Shown here piece by piece: positions 12,199 through 24,551 of a stretch of DNA of 64,000 bases (the first letter of the stretch is position 1; every line of letters starts with the position of its first letter). The DNA comes from Asterias rubens (Eukaryota), in contig NC_047071.1 of the NCBI RefSeq assembly GCF_902459465.1, positions 13,082,001 to 13,146,000 of the forward strand, given 5' to 3'. A program made the translations under genes and the position numbers. The notes under the pieces were generated by a model. That model was given only the letters and a program-made list of their open reading frames with translations. It was not told where the DNA came from and made no database searches.

Positions 12199-12372
12199 GT
12201 TTATTTCCACAGTTTCAAAATCACAATCAGTATTAAATCATAGGCAATGTAAGTTGGAAATTAAGAAATAAATAGTTGTTTGATAAGATTAATTAAATGA
12301 CTAATAAGCATGGGCATTCGTGAAATTGTGGGGGACCCATACAGAAGCAAAGCTTGTAAGGGTATGGTTCCC
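12164..12372 (-). mobile_element. 3' end of a CR1/L2-type LINE (or partner SINE tail)
   Basis: Minus strand: stem-loop (12332-12372), then AATAAA, then an (ATTG)n tail. Confidence 0.55.
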
Positions 12373-12650
12373 TGAGCAAGCTTGTGCATTGCCCCGGGAC
12401 GGAAATTTACCCATCTGTCAACGATCGCGTCACATCGTTTAAAAACTCTAAGCTGCGTGCTATCAATGTCGGGTTATCCAATGAAGATTTACTTTGTCGT
12501 GAAGGAGAACACTGCACTTTAAAGCCGTTAGCATACATGGCACGTGCTCCCCCGACCACACCAAACCGAACCCGCCCCTATAGCTACGCACATCCACATT
12601 GATTTGAAGTAAATGAAAAAGTAACTGTAACACTATCATTGCACGCATGC

Positions 12651-13030
12651 TTAAAGACACTGGACACTTTTGGTATACTGTTAAAGACCAGTCTTCTCAC
12701 TTGGCGTATCTCAACATATGCACACAATAAGAAACCTGTGCAAACTCAATTGGTCGTCGGAGTTGCGAGAAAATAACGGAAGGAAAACAAATCTTGTCAC
12801 ACGAACTTGTGTACTTTCATGCTTGATTTTGAGAGCTCACGCGTAAGGTCCCGAAATCAATTCAAATATTTGACTGAGACATTACTTCTTTCTCTAAAAC
12901 TACTATACTTCAGAGGGAGCCGTCACTCACAGTGCTTTATACTATCAAAAGATATCCATTGCTTATGTCCAAGTAAGTTTTATGCTAACAAATATTTTAA
13001 GTAATTACAAGTAGTGTCCAGTGCCTTTAA
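12651..13030 (-). mobile_element. Kolobok-type MITE, family A/B
   Basis: TTAA|AGACACTGGACAC...GTGTCCAGTGCCT|TTAA. Confidence 0.9.
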
Positions 13031-13499
13031 AGATAATACGTTATTAGGATGGGTTTTGAGAGAGAGAAAGAGGGGGGGGGGACTTGGTTGCCTTCAGACT
13101 GGTTGCCTTACACGATATGGATTCCACAGGATTTCGTCATATAATCAGCTTTATACATTGGCTTCATTAACACGGCACGGGTACCTCTCAGCAATAAGTT
13201 GATTGGATTAACCAGGCCATGAAACAATACCGACCGCCAGGCGTGATGGGGCGCGGGAGGAATCAAGCCCCGGGTAGGCGGGGTGAACATGTTGTCGGAC
13301 ACGGCCGAGGTTGAGCTCCTCGGGAACATGGTGAAATGAAAAACAGTTGTCGCCACCCGTAAAAGAGGCTGATATTAATATAGAAAATAACTTTGGAACT
13401 CAGTGTACAAAACCGACGTGTGGTTTTGACTGGCAGGTATTAACAACGTAGTAACACTGTGGTTTTAAAGGCTCTGATTGACACATTTGGGTTATTTTA

Positions 13500-13590
13500 C
13501 ATGCATGCATAACACAACACATGTGAACGACTGCTTTACGTCCCATCCGAAGTACGAAGCAATGGTAAAGTGTCTTGCTTAAGGACCATA
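13500..13590 (-). mobile_element. SINE fragment (central/3' part)
   Basis: Minus strand CCTTAAGCAAGACACTTTACCATTGCTTCGTACTTCGGATGGGACGTAAAG, a typical SINE core and tail. Confidence 0.5.
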
Positions 13591-14950
13591 GACTTTCCCA
13601 CATACGGTTTGTAAATAGTCTATATAAAACCTTCACATACCAAATTGACAAATAACTTTTACCATGCAGTATGACGATGGGTATGTGGGACTGATAGGGC
13701 AAATATTTGTTGAAAGTGTTCCTTTGATTACCACACATTGGGAGTAAGTCACGACAAAAAAAGAAATTTGCAAAACTCTCAAAATGGCAACCTTTCCTTT
13801 TTCTTTTAACTATTTTTTGTTCTTTCAATTCCAAAAGAGCAATTCAGAGATGGTCTTAGAGCTTTACATACTTATCATAACCTAATCTGACCGTTTGCCA
13901 AATTCTATGCTTGCGTCTTCAAATGTACAAAACACCCATCTGCGGTGGTCTTACTTGACAGGCCCCGAAACTACAACCCTAAGTGGAGTATTGATTGCCA
14001 GAACACGGCCATTTGGGCTGTGTCCATGGCTACACCCAGCCTATAAGTTAATTATCCTAAATTTAATCTCGAATTAAACTGACCCTCACTCTTGATAGAT
14101 ACAGAAACGAAATGGAAATTAGTTAAACCGGATTCAGTGTTTTATTACATTTGGATCAATTATTTGCATTCAAATCCATGCCGCGATTTAACAATATAAA
14201 CAAAAATAACCCCAAACAACCTTTAAACGCACACAGGATCCTTCTGTGACGGTCATAGAAATTGTACAAACAGTAAAACAGCACTCAATGTTTTTGTTTT
14301 TCTTCAGTTTATTTCCTATGTAAAGGCATTATGGGAAGTTAACCTCGGGACTTATTCGTTATCGGTAATGCATTTTGATCCCCCTTTTTTGTTTCTTCCT
14401 TTTTTAATTTCGTCGCCGCGTGCGATGTTTAGACAAGAATAATGCAGAATAATACATTGAGAACATTGGGCTTAATCCATACCTGTTCTATCTCTTAGCT
14501 CTCGTTGCTAACCACACCCCCTGTGGCTGATTGTTATCAGCAAAGGCTCTCAAGGAATGAAAGCCGGGGATAAAATAAAAATAAAAATACCGAGGCGGTC
14601 TCGTTTATCGCTTTGATTAAAATCTTCGAGACGAATCAATCAGGGGAAAGAGGATGATAGAGATGGGGGTATATAGGGCGGGAGGGGTTTGGGATAAATA
14701 CCTTGTTATTCATGTCCCTTGAATTGAAGACTGCAATTTATAAGTTAAAAGCGCCCCTCCTGTTGACATGCATAACTTATTCATATTATTTTACACATCT
14801 CCAGGCGTGGGCAACTTGTCAACCTCTATCCCCCGGTATATGAATTTATGACACTTATTTTTGTAATATACTCAATATCCTGATTATACAACGTTTGTTT
14901 TATTTAAATTAGCACAAAAGTGCACTGTCTGGAAGGGGCTTAAAACTGGG

Positions 14951-15372
14951 ACAGTAACAGCAACAACGACAATGACAACGACAGAAACAAAGACAACGAC
15001 AACAACAGCAACAATGACAACGGCGCTGATAAAGAGAAAGACAATGACAACGACAACGACAATGACAACGACAACGACATCGACAACAACAGTAACAGCG
15101 ACAACGACAACGACAACAACAACGACAGTAACAGCGACAACGATGGCGACGACAACGACAACGACAATTACAATGACAACGACAACAACAGTAACAGCGA
15201 CAACGACAACGACAACAACGACAAAAGACAAAGTTGACAACGACTGTGACGACAACGACAACGACAACGACAATTACAACGACAACGACAATTACAACAA
15301 CAACGACAAAGACAATAACAACGACAACGACAATGACAACGACATTGACAACGACAACGATAAAGACAACAA

Positions 15373-15403
<31 letters not shown>

Positions 15404-15500
15404 AACAGCGACAGTAACAACGACAACTACAACGACAACAATTACAACAGCAGCAGCAACACACAGAACAATACAAACCACAAAAGCAAAAGACAAACAC
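14951..15500. repeat. Compound (ACAACG)n/(ACA)n microsatellite
   Basis: About 550 bp of ACAACG hexamers with CpG-decay variants (ACAATG, ACAACA); produces the low-complexity ORFs in several frames. Confidence 0.95.
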
Positions 15501-17039
15501 TCCAATAAACCAACATGAAACTTTAACCTGCGAGGTTTCTAGGCGTCTGGTTTAAAGGTCCCGAGTACATCATGGTGCAAATTATAAAAGAACATACTAA
15601 TAAAGCTAAAGTACAGTTCCTTTCTAAAGGGGTTGTTTTCAATTACAAGGTTATCTATCCACCAATAAATCTGGTTCAACGACTATCTAATCTAAACTTG
15701 GGCGAATTGGGATGAAATAGTTTGGAAAAATCCCAGCGAAATTTTCTGAGCCGCAAATCACATCTTTCAGCCGTGCTAACTTCCCCCCACGGACACCCGA
15801 GAGGGAAACACTTGCGCTGTCATTCCTTATCAATTAATTAGCAAATTCCGATGGTTTTCCCCATCATTTTGTGATTCGCTTCATCATTTCCTTTCGCCAT
15901 CTGTCTCCGAGACCAGAACGTGCCGCCGTCAAATGTTTGCAGACAGAATTAGGTCGAATCCTCTGCGGGATTGCCCACTATCCAGGGCCTAATTCCTTTA
16001 CTAAAATGCCCTGCTTAGGAATGTTCACTGATCATTGGGGTTGTTCCTGGGGTGGGTGTGTATGCGAAGCTGGCTCGCGACACTGGCTAGGGATACCCGG
16101 GGCTTCTAAATCAACTAAGTGGTAAACCCTACTGCTGTATTTAGCCTGGTGGATATCTGATTACCACGGTGGGGCTATTTAGCAAGCGATCGCTTCGTGT
16201 CTGTCGGTACAGATCGGAAGGACTGGCTACGAGTGGTCCGAACATGTGGAAGGCCAATCAAATACGGAAATAACCATAACTCATGAATAATTTGAATGGG
16301 TATTTCCATAATAGAATTTAATGGGCTCAAAATTATACAATGGATGTACGATGTGAATGCCAGAACGATCCTTAACCCTCACCCAAATGAATAAATTAAA
16401 CATGTGAAGAGAAAGTGACGGAAGGTAGTGGTTACCAACTCTAGGTTTACATACACTTTATTTATAGTGTACCGGTGTTCCTACAAAAAAGTCCCCGTTA
16501 ATTAATTAAATATGTTTTCTGCTCACATGCTTTGGAAGGATTTACCACGAACATAATGTAACGCTAAACAAAATGCCTTTATCAAAAAATTATATCTCAA
16601 AAGGGTGAAGTTCGGTCTGCAAGATCATTACCTTTTCCACACACCAATGTTTGTGCAAAGGACTGTCACCCAATGCTTTTAATCACATGCACTTTGAGGG
16701 GATTTCCAGCCCTCTAGAGGTGATATCATCACCACGTGCTTGTTCAGTGATAGGCGGCAAGTCTGAAATTTATGGTTACCTCCGTGAGTAGCATACCGTT
16801 GTTAGGGTTGGTGCATTCATTGGATCAAGAATAACATCTTGGATTTGTCTAATTGTTTTAAATCCAGTGGTTTTTTTTTTACTATCAACCTCTGCTGGAT
16901 CATTCCCAGGCTTTAGGCGCATGCCTTCAACGTGAAAAGTCGTTTTCATTCTGCATAGGGCACCTTGAAACTAGATGCAACTGCAGAGGGCGTGACCTCC
17001 ATCCCACCTCCGACCGGCCTTTACAGAAGGCAAGTGGTG

Positions 17040-17160
17040 GACATAAGTTCTTAGTTTACACATTTGGGTTCAAACCTTGATTGGTCAGTTGAGACATCTG
17101 TGTCCTTGAGCAATGCGCTTTATCATAACTGCTTCTCTCCACCTGGGAGTACAGATGGAC
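17040..17160 (+). mobile_element. Degenerate tRNA-derived SINE
   Basis: GGGTTCAAACC B-box then TGTGTCCTTGAGCAA...TGCTTCTCTCCACCTGGG, matching the core block of the 6800-7035 SINE. Confidence 0.55.
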
Positions 17161-17589
17161 AGCTGGGTAGTAAACCTGATGGCATCCCGTTCAGTGTTAT
17201 ATAAAACGGAGGAAACCGGTTTCTAGTACCGATGAACCCTATTGGCTCGGGACAGACTTTAAATTTACTTCCCAAAAGAAAGTGTTTGGATACACACGAA
17301 ACTATTTGGACAAGGTTGTAAGACAAGGTCATTGATATTTCAAGCAAGAACCCAAGTCCATCTCCCCCATCACTCCCTGGGACAAAGAGAGGTGTACTAT
17401 TGATGTGCAATCAATAGCAGACAAATGTTTCTCTGACAAACATATCAGATGAATGAGTGTGATCGATGTGTTTCTAATTGATTGAAAGAGACTGCCGTGT
17501 GGACAGTCAGACACAGTCTTTATCTTAGACTCGGTCGACATTGCTTTGGTCGACGTCAATTACCCTCTTCATTTTGAGACCTGGAATTA

Positions 17590-17900
17590 TTTGCACTGGA
17601 ATTATTTGGTAATTCAGGGACCAATATTCTCACTTGGTGTATCCCAACATTATAATGTATACAACTAAAATTGTGAAAAATTGTGGCTCATTTGTTTATC
17701 AAATTGGTAAAAGAATAACGAAAGAACACACTTGTTGCAATAATGTGTGTGCTTTCAGATGAATAATGAAAGGCTTCAGCTGAACTCTTTGAGTGAGAAA
17801 TTACCACTTGTTGTCAAAATCATCAGCTCTCAATTGCTCGTTACCAAGTGAGTTTGTATGCTAACAATTATTTGGATTAATGACCGTATAGTGTCCATTG
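17590..17900 (-). mobile_element. Kolobok-type MITE, subfamily B (old)
   Basis: CTCACTTGGTGTATCCCAAC...GCTCGTTACCAAG...ATAGTGTCCA family blocks; termini eroded. Confidence 0.7.
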
Positions 17901-17987
17901 TTTTTGTTTATTTAATAAGTACCTTGTCCAAATCAGTCCAGGGAAACCAGGCGATAACAGGAACAGTTTGTTTTTATCCACGGATAA

Positions 17988-18267
17988 TTAAAGGCAGTGG
18001 ACACTATTGGTAATTACTCAAAATAATTATTAGCATTAAACCTTACTTGGTGACGAGTAACGAGGAGAGGTTGATAGTATAAAAACGGCTCCCTCTGAGG
18101 TGACAAAGTTTTCGAGAAAGAAGTTATTTTCTACGAATTTGATTTCGAGACCACAGATTTAGAACTTGAGGTCTCAAAATCAACCATCTAAACCACCACA
18201 ATTCGTTTGGCAGGGTATTTGTTATTTTGTTGACATTTGTCAATAGTGTCCAAAACAGTGTCTTTAA
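17988..18267 (+). mobile_element. Kolobok-type MITE, family A, internally deleted
   Basis: Intact left TIR and hairpin, right half largely deleted, ends GTGTCT|TTAA. Confidence 0.85.
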
Positions 18268-18989
18268 ACTGTCTGAGAAACCATGTGAGAAGTTCACAGT
18301 ACCTTGGAGTTGCATTTGTTCCCGAACCTAAGAGACTTCACTATCGACTGAAAAACGAGCAGTGGGACCCTACATGCCTTACTAAAACAATCACACTACA
18401 CATCTTAGTTAAATACAAAGACCTTCCAGATCACTCCAAAACCGTAAGTTTGTTTATACTACAATTAATCAGACATTCAAACCGAAGACGTTTAGTGTGG
18501 CGCTCTGGGACAGAGCGTGTCTTTGGTGTATCTGAGAACTGAGTGACTTTCAGTGAGAAGGCCTACAACCATATCTTAATCTCATAGAAATACAATGTTA
18601 GCCTTCAAAAGACTCTTCAGGGTCCATAACGTCAGCACATTGACTATTTATTTGCATGTATACCATCGGTCCATTTGGTTGGTCAGTTGTTTGCAACAGC
18701 TTATAATGTTTTCTCAGAAACAAATTCCGATGAAAACGAAAAATCACTTAGGATAGTTGTTATCCGACTACGTGTGGCGGACACAATTTGACAAAACCTC
18801 CAACATCTTCTTACGGAACTTTCTGTTTGAGCACAATATCTATTCAAGTCTTTGATTTCAATAAAGTAACACAATTAAACATTGGGGAGGTTTTGGCTGC
18901 GTACAGCATAAACATATCATTTGCAGTGATATTTCTTTTCAATGTTAACACGGTGGCTCGTCAGTCTTTAAGTGTCTTTTCACCAAAAC

Positions 18990-19826
18990 AAAATCTTCAA
19001 TGAATAGAATAGCTGGCATCTTTCACAATAACAACAATTTATACTCACCTGGTAGTCGTATTTTGTCGAAATAAAGCCCTTTTCAATAAAATTATGTGTT
19101 TTGATGAGTAGAATATGAATAACCATTAACTAAGAATAAACAAAATTAGTTTCCATGTAATTTTACAAATTTGAAAATAAGCCCGGGCCGAGAGGGCGCT
19201 GTTCGTGACGTCATTTGAGGCGCGATGAATCACATGCAGTGCCATAACAAGATAATGATGCTTGGCGCAAGCTAAAAACATGCCCTCAAAGTTGAAACAA
19301 TACCTTAATTTTTTCACGTCATGCAAGTGATCCTTTAGGTTCGTTACGTCTTTCAGATACCTTCTTCGACTTCCCCACTATAGCTGGAAAAACTGTTGGG
19401 ATGGCATCATGTTTTAGAAAAGAACTTTTCTCTTCATGTCAAAATGTGTAGCGTATTCCGGATTCTCGAATCTCGACGGCTCGAAGTGTTTGCTGCACAG
19501 CGCAGGAAAAGACGTCGGACCGGACCACTTTTAATACTGGTTGATATTGCTGGAAAAATGCAAGAACAAACCTTTTTCGAAACGTAAAACTCACGGCTAG
19601 GACTTGAATGCACTTGCACGTACTTGTGCTCGATGTACGATCGAGGCAAAGTCTGCCTCGATTGACGTCACAAAAGGGGTTGGCGGAGTCACCCCCACAC
19701 AACTTTATTTTAATTTTGTTTAAACATGTTAGTCGTTAAAAACGATTACTCAACAAATTATGTTATTGTTCAGAAACATTACTCTATACTGTTTGACGAA
19801 AAGGAATATTTTTCCAGGTGACTTAA
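18990..19826 (-). mobile_element. Kolobok-like transposon relic carrying a decayed THAP coding region
   Basis: End at 19826 reads TT(T)AAGTCACCTGGAA on the minus strand (TTAA|AG-type end); internal CpG-rich block with TGACGTCA; THAP remnant inside; other boundary approximate. Confidence 0.6.
19383..19590 (-). pseudogene. Decayed THAP (C2CH zinc finger) domain of a transposase
   Basis: Minus strand translates as GLFLHF...*KWSGPTSFPALCSKHFEPSRF (LCSKHF at 19500-19483), then after a 1-nt frameshift LKHDAIPTVFPA; W-x-P, CSxHF and AVPT-like motifs in THAP order. Confidence 0.75.
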
Positions 19827-20255
19827 ACGTGCGTGCTCAAACGTTTTATTTATAATGTCATGTCGTACTCTTCGGTTTGTTTTATGCTGCATTTTACTCA
19901 ATAAGATATTCGGTTTTAAGTTGTTTCTACAAAAGGCTAGTACAAAGTCTGACTTAGGACTGGGCTATTAATCATATCGATAATTAAGACATCGATGATA
20001 ATTACTTTGTTATATCCCTACCATTTTCATTTGCTTTTCCAGAGAATACCACGTAAACGAACGATAAATGTTTCAAGTTAAACTTATCCCTCTTTAGAGA
20101 CAGAATTAACAGATATCTTCGAAACAAATTAAATCTTATCCATTTGTGTTTGTTAATTATATTTTAATATATTTCGATGACGTATTAACTATTTTGACTA
20201 TTTTGACCGGTGGCCTGTGTTTTCTGAAGAAGACACATAATGAAGGTCAAATCAT

Positions 20256-20638
20256 TTAAAGGGTCTATGTACTTTTTGTAGGACAACAAAACACAATGTT
20301 CACAGATTTGCACTTAACTTACACAGTTTGAAGATAATGATAGTAGAAAGCTTCCCGGGAAGTAATACTTGTTGAGGTGATGTAGTTTTTGAGAAATGAG
20401 TAAAACAATGTCATGAAAATAACTTTCGTCTCACTGATCATGAGACGAAAATTATTTGTGCCTGTAAAAACGTATTTTCATATGACATTTTTCTACTCAT
20501 TTCTAAAAAAACTACAGCACCTCAACTTCTAATGTTTTAAGGTACGCTTTCTACCATCATTATCTTCAAACGGTGTAAGTTTAGTGTAGATCTGTGGACA
20601 TTGTGTTTTGTGTTACAAAAAGTACCCAAATCCTTTAA
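20256..20638. mobile_element. Fold-back Kolobok-type MITE, family D
   Basis: TTAA|AGGG...TCCT|TTAA; the left half is an imperfect reverse complement of the right half. Confidence 0.85.
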
Positions 20639-21166
20639 GTGGAAAAATAAAGTAAATATAACTTTAGGGAAAACAACCATCTTCGACAGTCTATGCTATA
20701 TAGGCTCTTATAATGAAAACAGAATGAGGCATTTCAAACATAGAACTACATCACTCAAAATATCGAGTAATCGGAGAGTAACCGAAGTATTCGCATTAGG
20801 GCGACATGTTCCGGTATATCACTAAATCCATCATAACATAAAGCTGATCAAATAAACGGGCATGAAATCCATTTCAAAAACAAATCGCAGGCAGCGATTA
20901 ATAATAAGGACATGTTTGTCAAAGGCTATCCCGTATGGGGTTAACTGATTACTTGTATGAAATTAATACCTGTTTAACGATTCATGAAACAATACGGGTT
21001 TATTTTGGTGTCGCAGCAATCGTTAGGTTATGGTAAGCTGTTCTTGTTAAGATTCGGTACACAGTTACAGAAAGGATCCTACGTTTTGGGCGACCCATGC
21101 AGTAACATTGTGATTTAAGTGCGTGGCACCCATTTGTAGTCTCGGTTGAATCATCGGAACTACGTT

Positions 21167-21420
21167 GGGTATCAAGCTAAGTTTGGGGCTTGAGCTTATT
21201 TGGGTGTCAAGCTAAATTTAGGGCTTGAGCTTATTTGGGTGTCAAGCTAAATTTAGGGCTTGAGCTTATTTGGGTGTCAAGCTAAATTTAGGGCTTGAGC
21301 TTATTTGGGTGTCAAGCTAAATTTAGGGCTTGAGCTTACTTTGAGGTGTCAATCTACATTTAGGTCTTAAAATAAATTAACATTTGGTTGTCAAGCTACA
21401 TTAATGTCTTATGAGCTGTT
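21167..21420. repeat. 35-bp minisatellite (5 well-conserved and 2 degenerate units)
   Basis: GGGTGTCAAGCTAAATTTAGGGCTTGAGCTTATTT starting at 21167, 21202, 21237, 21272 and 21307. Confidence 0.95.
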
Positions 21421-22106
21421 CACTGGCAGGGGTGCTGGGCTGCATTAATGTTGAGCTACACATTCAATAAAGGACTATTTACTGATGCAGTCCTAGTTTA
21501 ACAAAAAAACATATTAAAGTAACACCCATATTGGGCTCTGATATAGGATGGTAGGCCCGATTCCACGAAAAGCATGATGAACTCAGTCAAACATATTCAG
21601 ACGAACACGGTTGTCTAAAGGATGACACGAAATTCATGAGTAGGCTCTATACTTAGGTTTATGGTCCTTTTTTATGAGTCATGTTGTATTATATCAGGAC
21701 TCATCATTGGAACATTAAGTCCATGTCACGTCAGGCAATTTAAAGGTAACGGGTTCCAGGCTATCTCCAAAAACACAAAACCTATATTCACATATTCGAT
21801 TTTCTTGGAGTAATGAAAACAGCGAGAAGACTGTTACCACGGAGTGTTTCTTTTGCACGCATTACAGCTGGTTGCATCCAAGTTGCCTGGAAAAAAATGC
21901 ATTGTGTGACAAAGCCTTCTCCTAACATTACGTCTTGAATCGCAATGTGCAATCCGTGTTTTTAGATGTTTGCTTCATTTATCAAAATCTCCGGAAGCTT
22001 AGGATTTGGGATTCCGGGTGTCACACAAATGTATGCACCTGGACATGCATAAACGTTCCAACGTTGATTACATTATGTCGCGTCGCTGTATATAATAAAG
22101 ATGAAA

Positions 22107-22491
22107 ACAAAGACAGTGGACACTATTGGTAGTTGTCAAAGACCAATCTTCTCACTTGATGTATCTCAACATATGCATCAAATAACAAACCTGTGAACAT
22201 TTTGAGCTCAATTGGTCGTCGACGTTGCGAGATAAATATGAAAGAAGAAACACCCTTGTCACACAACACAAAGTTGTGTGCTTTCAGCTGCTTGATTTCG
22301 AGACCTCAAGATCTAATTCTGAGGTCTAAAAATCAAATTAGTGGAACATTACTTTTTTCTCGAAAACTTTTAACTTCGGAGGGAGCCGTTTGTCACAATG
22401 TCACCAACAGTTCCCGATTACTCGTTACCAAGTAAGGTTTTATGCTGACGACTATTTTGAGTAATTTACCAATAGTGTCTACTGCCTTTAA
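22107..22491 (-). mobile_element. Kolobok-type MITE, family A
   Basis: AGACAGTGGACACTATTGGT...AATAGTGTCTACTGCCT|TTAA with central hairpin. Confidence 0.9.
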
Positions 22492-22974
22492 AGCCTCAAC
22501 GAATAACCTGTTCGTTGTTTTCTCCTGACTGAAGCAACAGATTGATCCAGTGTTTTCTTAAGTCTGCATTTTATGTTAATAGTTGATGACCCAAAACACG
22601 AACATTGTCTGCGACTATTTTGCCAATGTGTATACCTTTAACGGAATTCAGTTTCACACAATACGAATCACTGTTTTATCAGATATTTATGATCAGAAAG
22701 TTGTTTTAATATTGAAACCACCGGCTAACCATCGATCCTTCTCCGTGTAGTTATTATTATTTCATACAAGATCAAACATGAACTGTATATCTTGCGCCGT
22801 ATCCAGTTCCTAGGCCTACGGGTACACATCATTTACCACCATGGCCGAGGGAATATAGGAGGCGGGAAACCTAACCAATTTCCACGGTGGCTTCATTTTG
22901 CTGTGAACCCGATTCGTTCCCCGGGTACCGTGAAGTTTGACATCTCAGAATAATCGGAGAAAACATTCGCTTAC

Positions 22975-23067
22975 CTTTTTTCCCATGCAATCAGAGTTTA
23001 TCCAGAGTGACTCTTGTCTGCTCCTAGATGATCAAAGCTGCATGGATATGACCTCTTTGTATGTGAA
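22975..23067 (-). other. Candidate 93-nt exon (5'UTR or non-coding; ends ATG GGA AAA AAG)
   Basis: CTAAC branch point (23101-23097), TATTCTCCCACAACAG acceptor, AAG|GTAAGC donor; stops in all three frames before the terminal ATG. Confidence 0.4.
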
Positions 23068-23599
23068 CTGTTGTGGGAGAATAGATATTGGACTTAGTTA
23101 GAAATATCTCTCAGCATGTCTTAGGTAACGAAGATGCAAGCTTGAAGGCTCCATAGTCTGAGTTATTATCACACATGCAGCTGGTGGTATCAAATAGGAC
23201 CCACCACCTTTCCTGAGTTGTTTGCAAGCTGGTTATTATTGACAGACTGATTCATACATACTTTTATACTGGCTTGCATTTTGTGTGTGTAAACACAAAT
23301 AAGCACCTTTACGCAGTCTTAAACAAAAGTCAACCTTGGTTTCTGATTGTCTTCTGGCCGAAAGTGATGCCGTTTGCTTGGTTGATGACCCCCCTCTAAA
23401 CCGACAGTAACACACGATGGCGTTAAATGCTTCAACACGGTCGTGAATACCAAGGTCCTCTTTAGAGCGCAAAATCTTATTTCTACAATGTTTATGCTTC
23501 GCTCAAAAGTTATCGCACAAGAAGAAAACATATCTCTCCAAAAATGTGTTTTACTATTTTTTTTCTCGATTGAGAAGTAACGTCACGACGGTAAGGTTG

Positions 23600-23960
23600 T
23601 GTGCCTTTTGGTTTTATCACTCTATGGTTTTATATACATGTACATCCACCAATCGCTCGGCCCAGCGCCTTGTCTAACGGCGGAGTGGTGGACGAACAAA
23701 TCAAGCACGCTCATTGGCTAGTGCTCGTCCCAGCATGCATCACACTTTACACTGCAACGCACTGCACGCATGACGTACTTCCTGAACAAGAATCTGTGCG
23801 AGCTGAATAGCCCATCCCACGCGGTCCTTGAGTAGGTTAGACCTTGCCGTTGGGGGCCGAGTGAACGTCCACCATTGCTCGTCGTATTCCGATTCGCCCC
23901 CTTTTTTTAACAGGCTGGATGTGCGTATAGCTATACACACGCGCACAACCGAACTGATTA
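23600..23960 (-). promoter_or_regulatory. CpG-rich TATA/CCAAT promoter candidate
   Basis: Minus-strand TATATAAAA (23636-23628), CCAAT boxes near 23650 and 23715, TGACGT and ACTTCC motifs, locally high GC and CpG. Confidence 0.5.
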
Positions 23961-24072
23961 ATTTAGTCACGCAATGTTATTATGTATAGATACAAAACTT
24001 GCAAGAACGTGCTTAAAGATCATTGGTTCAAGTGGTAAGATTAAACAGTTCATGCGCTGGTTGGAAAGACTC

Positions 24073-24551
24073 TGAAAGGCACTGGACACCTTTGGCAATT
24101 TGTTGCCAAATGGCAGTAGTCTCACTTGGTGTGTCTCGACTCATGCATACCCTAACAAATCTGTGACAATTTGGACTCAATTGGTCATCGAAGTGTCACT
24201 AGTAAGAGAACATTATCAGAAAAGAAAAAAACATTGTTGCACAATTTGCTTTTATAGACGCATAATAAAATGCTTCGGGTGTGAATTAATTGAAGTATTT
24301 GAGTGAGATATTACCTCTTTGTAAAAAACGTAGAGTGACATTTTGTAGTTTTGGAGCCATTTCTCGTAATGTGTTATACTATCAACAGCTTTGTGAGGAG
24401 CTATACTTAAAGTGTCCAGAGGTGGATTTCGCAAAGAGTTAGGACTTATCTTATCTCGAGTTAGGACCAGTTACTCGTCCTAACTTAGGACTATCTATGC
24501 AATTTGTATATCTCCTAGGAACTCTTTGTGAAATCGACCCCTGCGCCTTTA
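24073..24551 (-). mobile_element. Kolobok-type MITE, subfamily B, with a Harbinger-like MITE in its terminus
   Basis: TGAA|AGGCACTGGACACC...AGTGTCCAG[insert]...GCCT|TTAA. Confidence 0.8.
24420..24540. mobile_element. PIF/Harbinger-like MITE (family of 31552-31719)
   Basis: TIR (G)GGTCGATTTCACAAAGAGT / ACTCTTTGTGAAATCGACCC with CAG/CTG flanks; GAGTTAGGAC...GTCCTAACTT interior. Confidence 0.75.

Noticed and set aside
13108-13370. GC-rich patch with an 82-aa ORF
   Set aside because: No recognisable protein, RNA gene or repeat; it could be regulatory, but nothing specific is supportable.
14884-15518. Long poly-Thr, Asp/Asn, poly-Val and Cys/Arg ORFs (mucin- or biomineral-protein-like)
   Set aside because: They arise from an (ACAACG)n microsatellite that is open in many frames. 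The apparent third-position variation is explained by CpG decay, the register shifts mid-array, and there are no splice or start signals.
21167-21420. CRISPR-like array
   Set aside because: The units are contiguous with no unique spacers, the context is eukaryotic and there are no cas genes.
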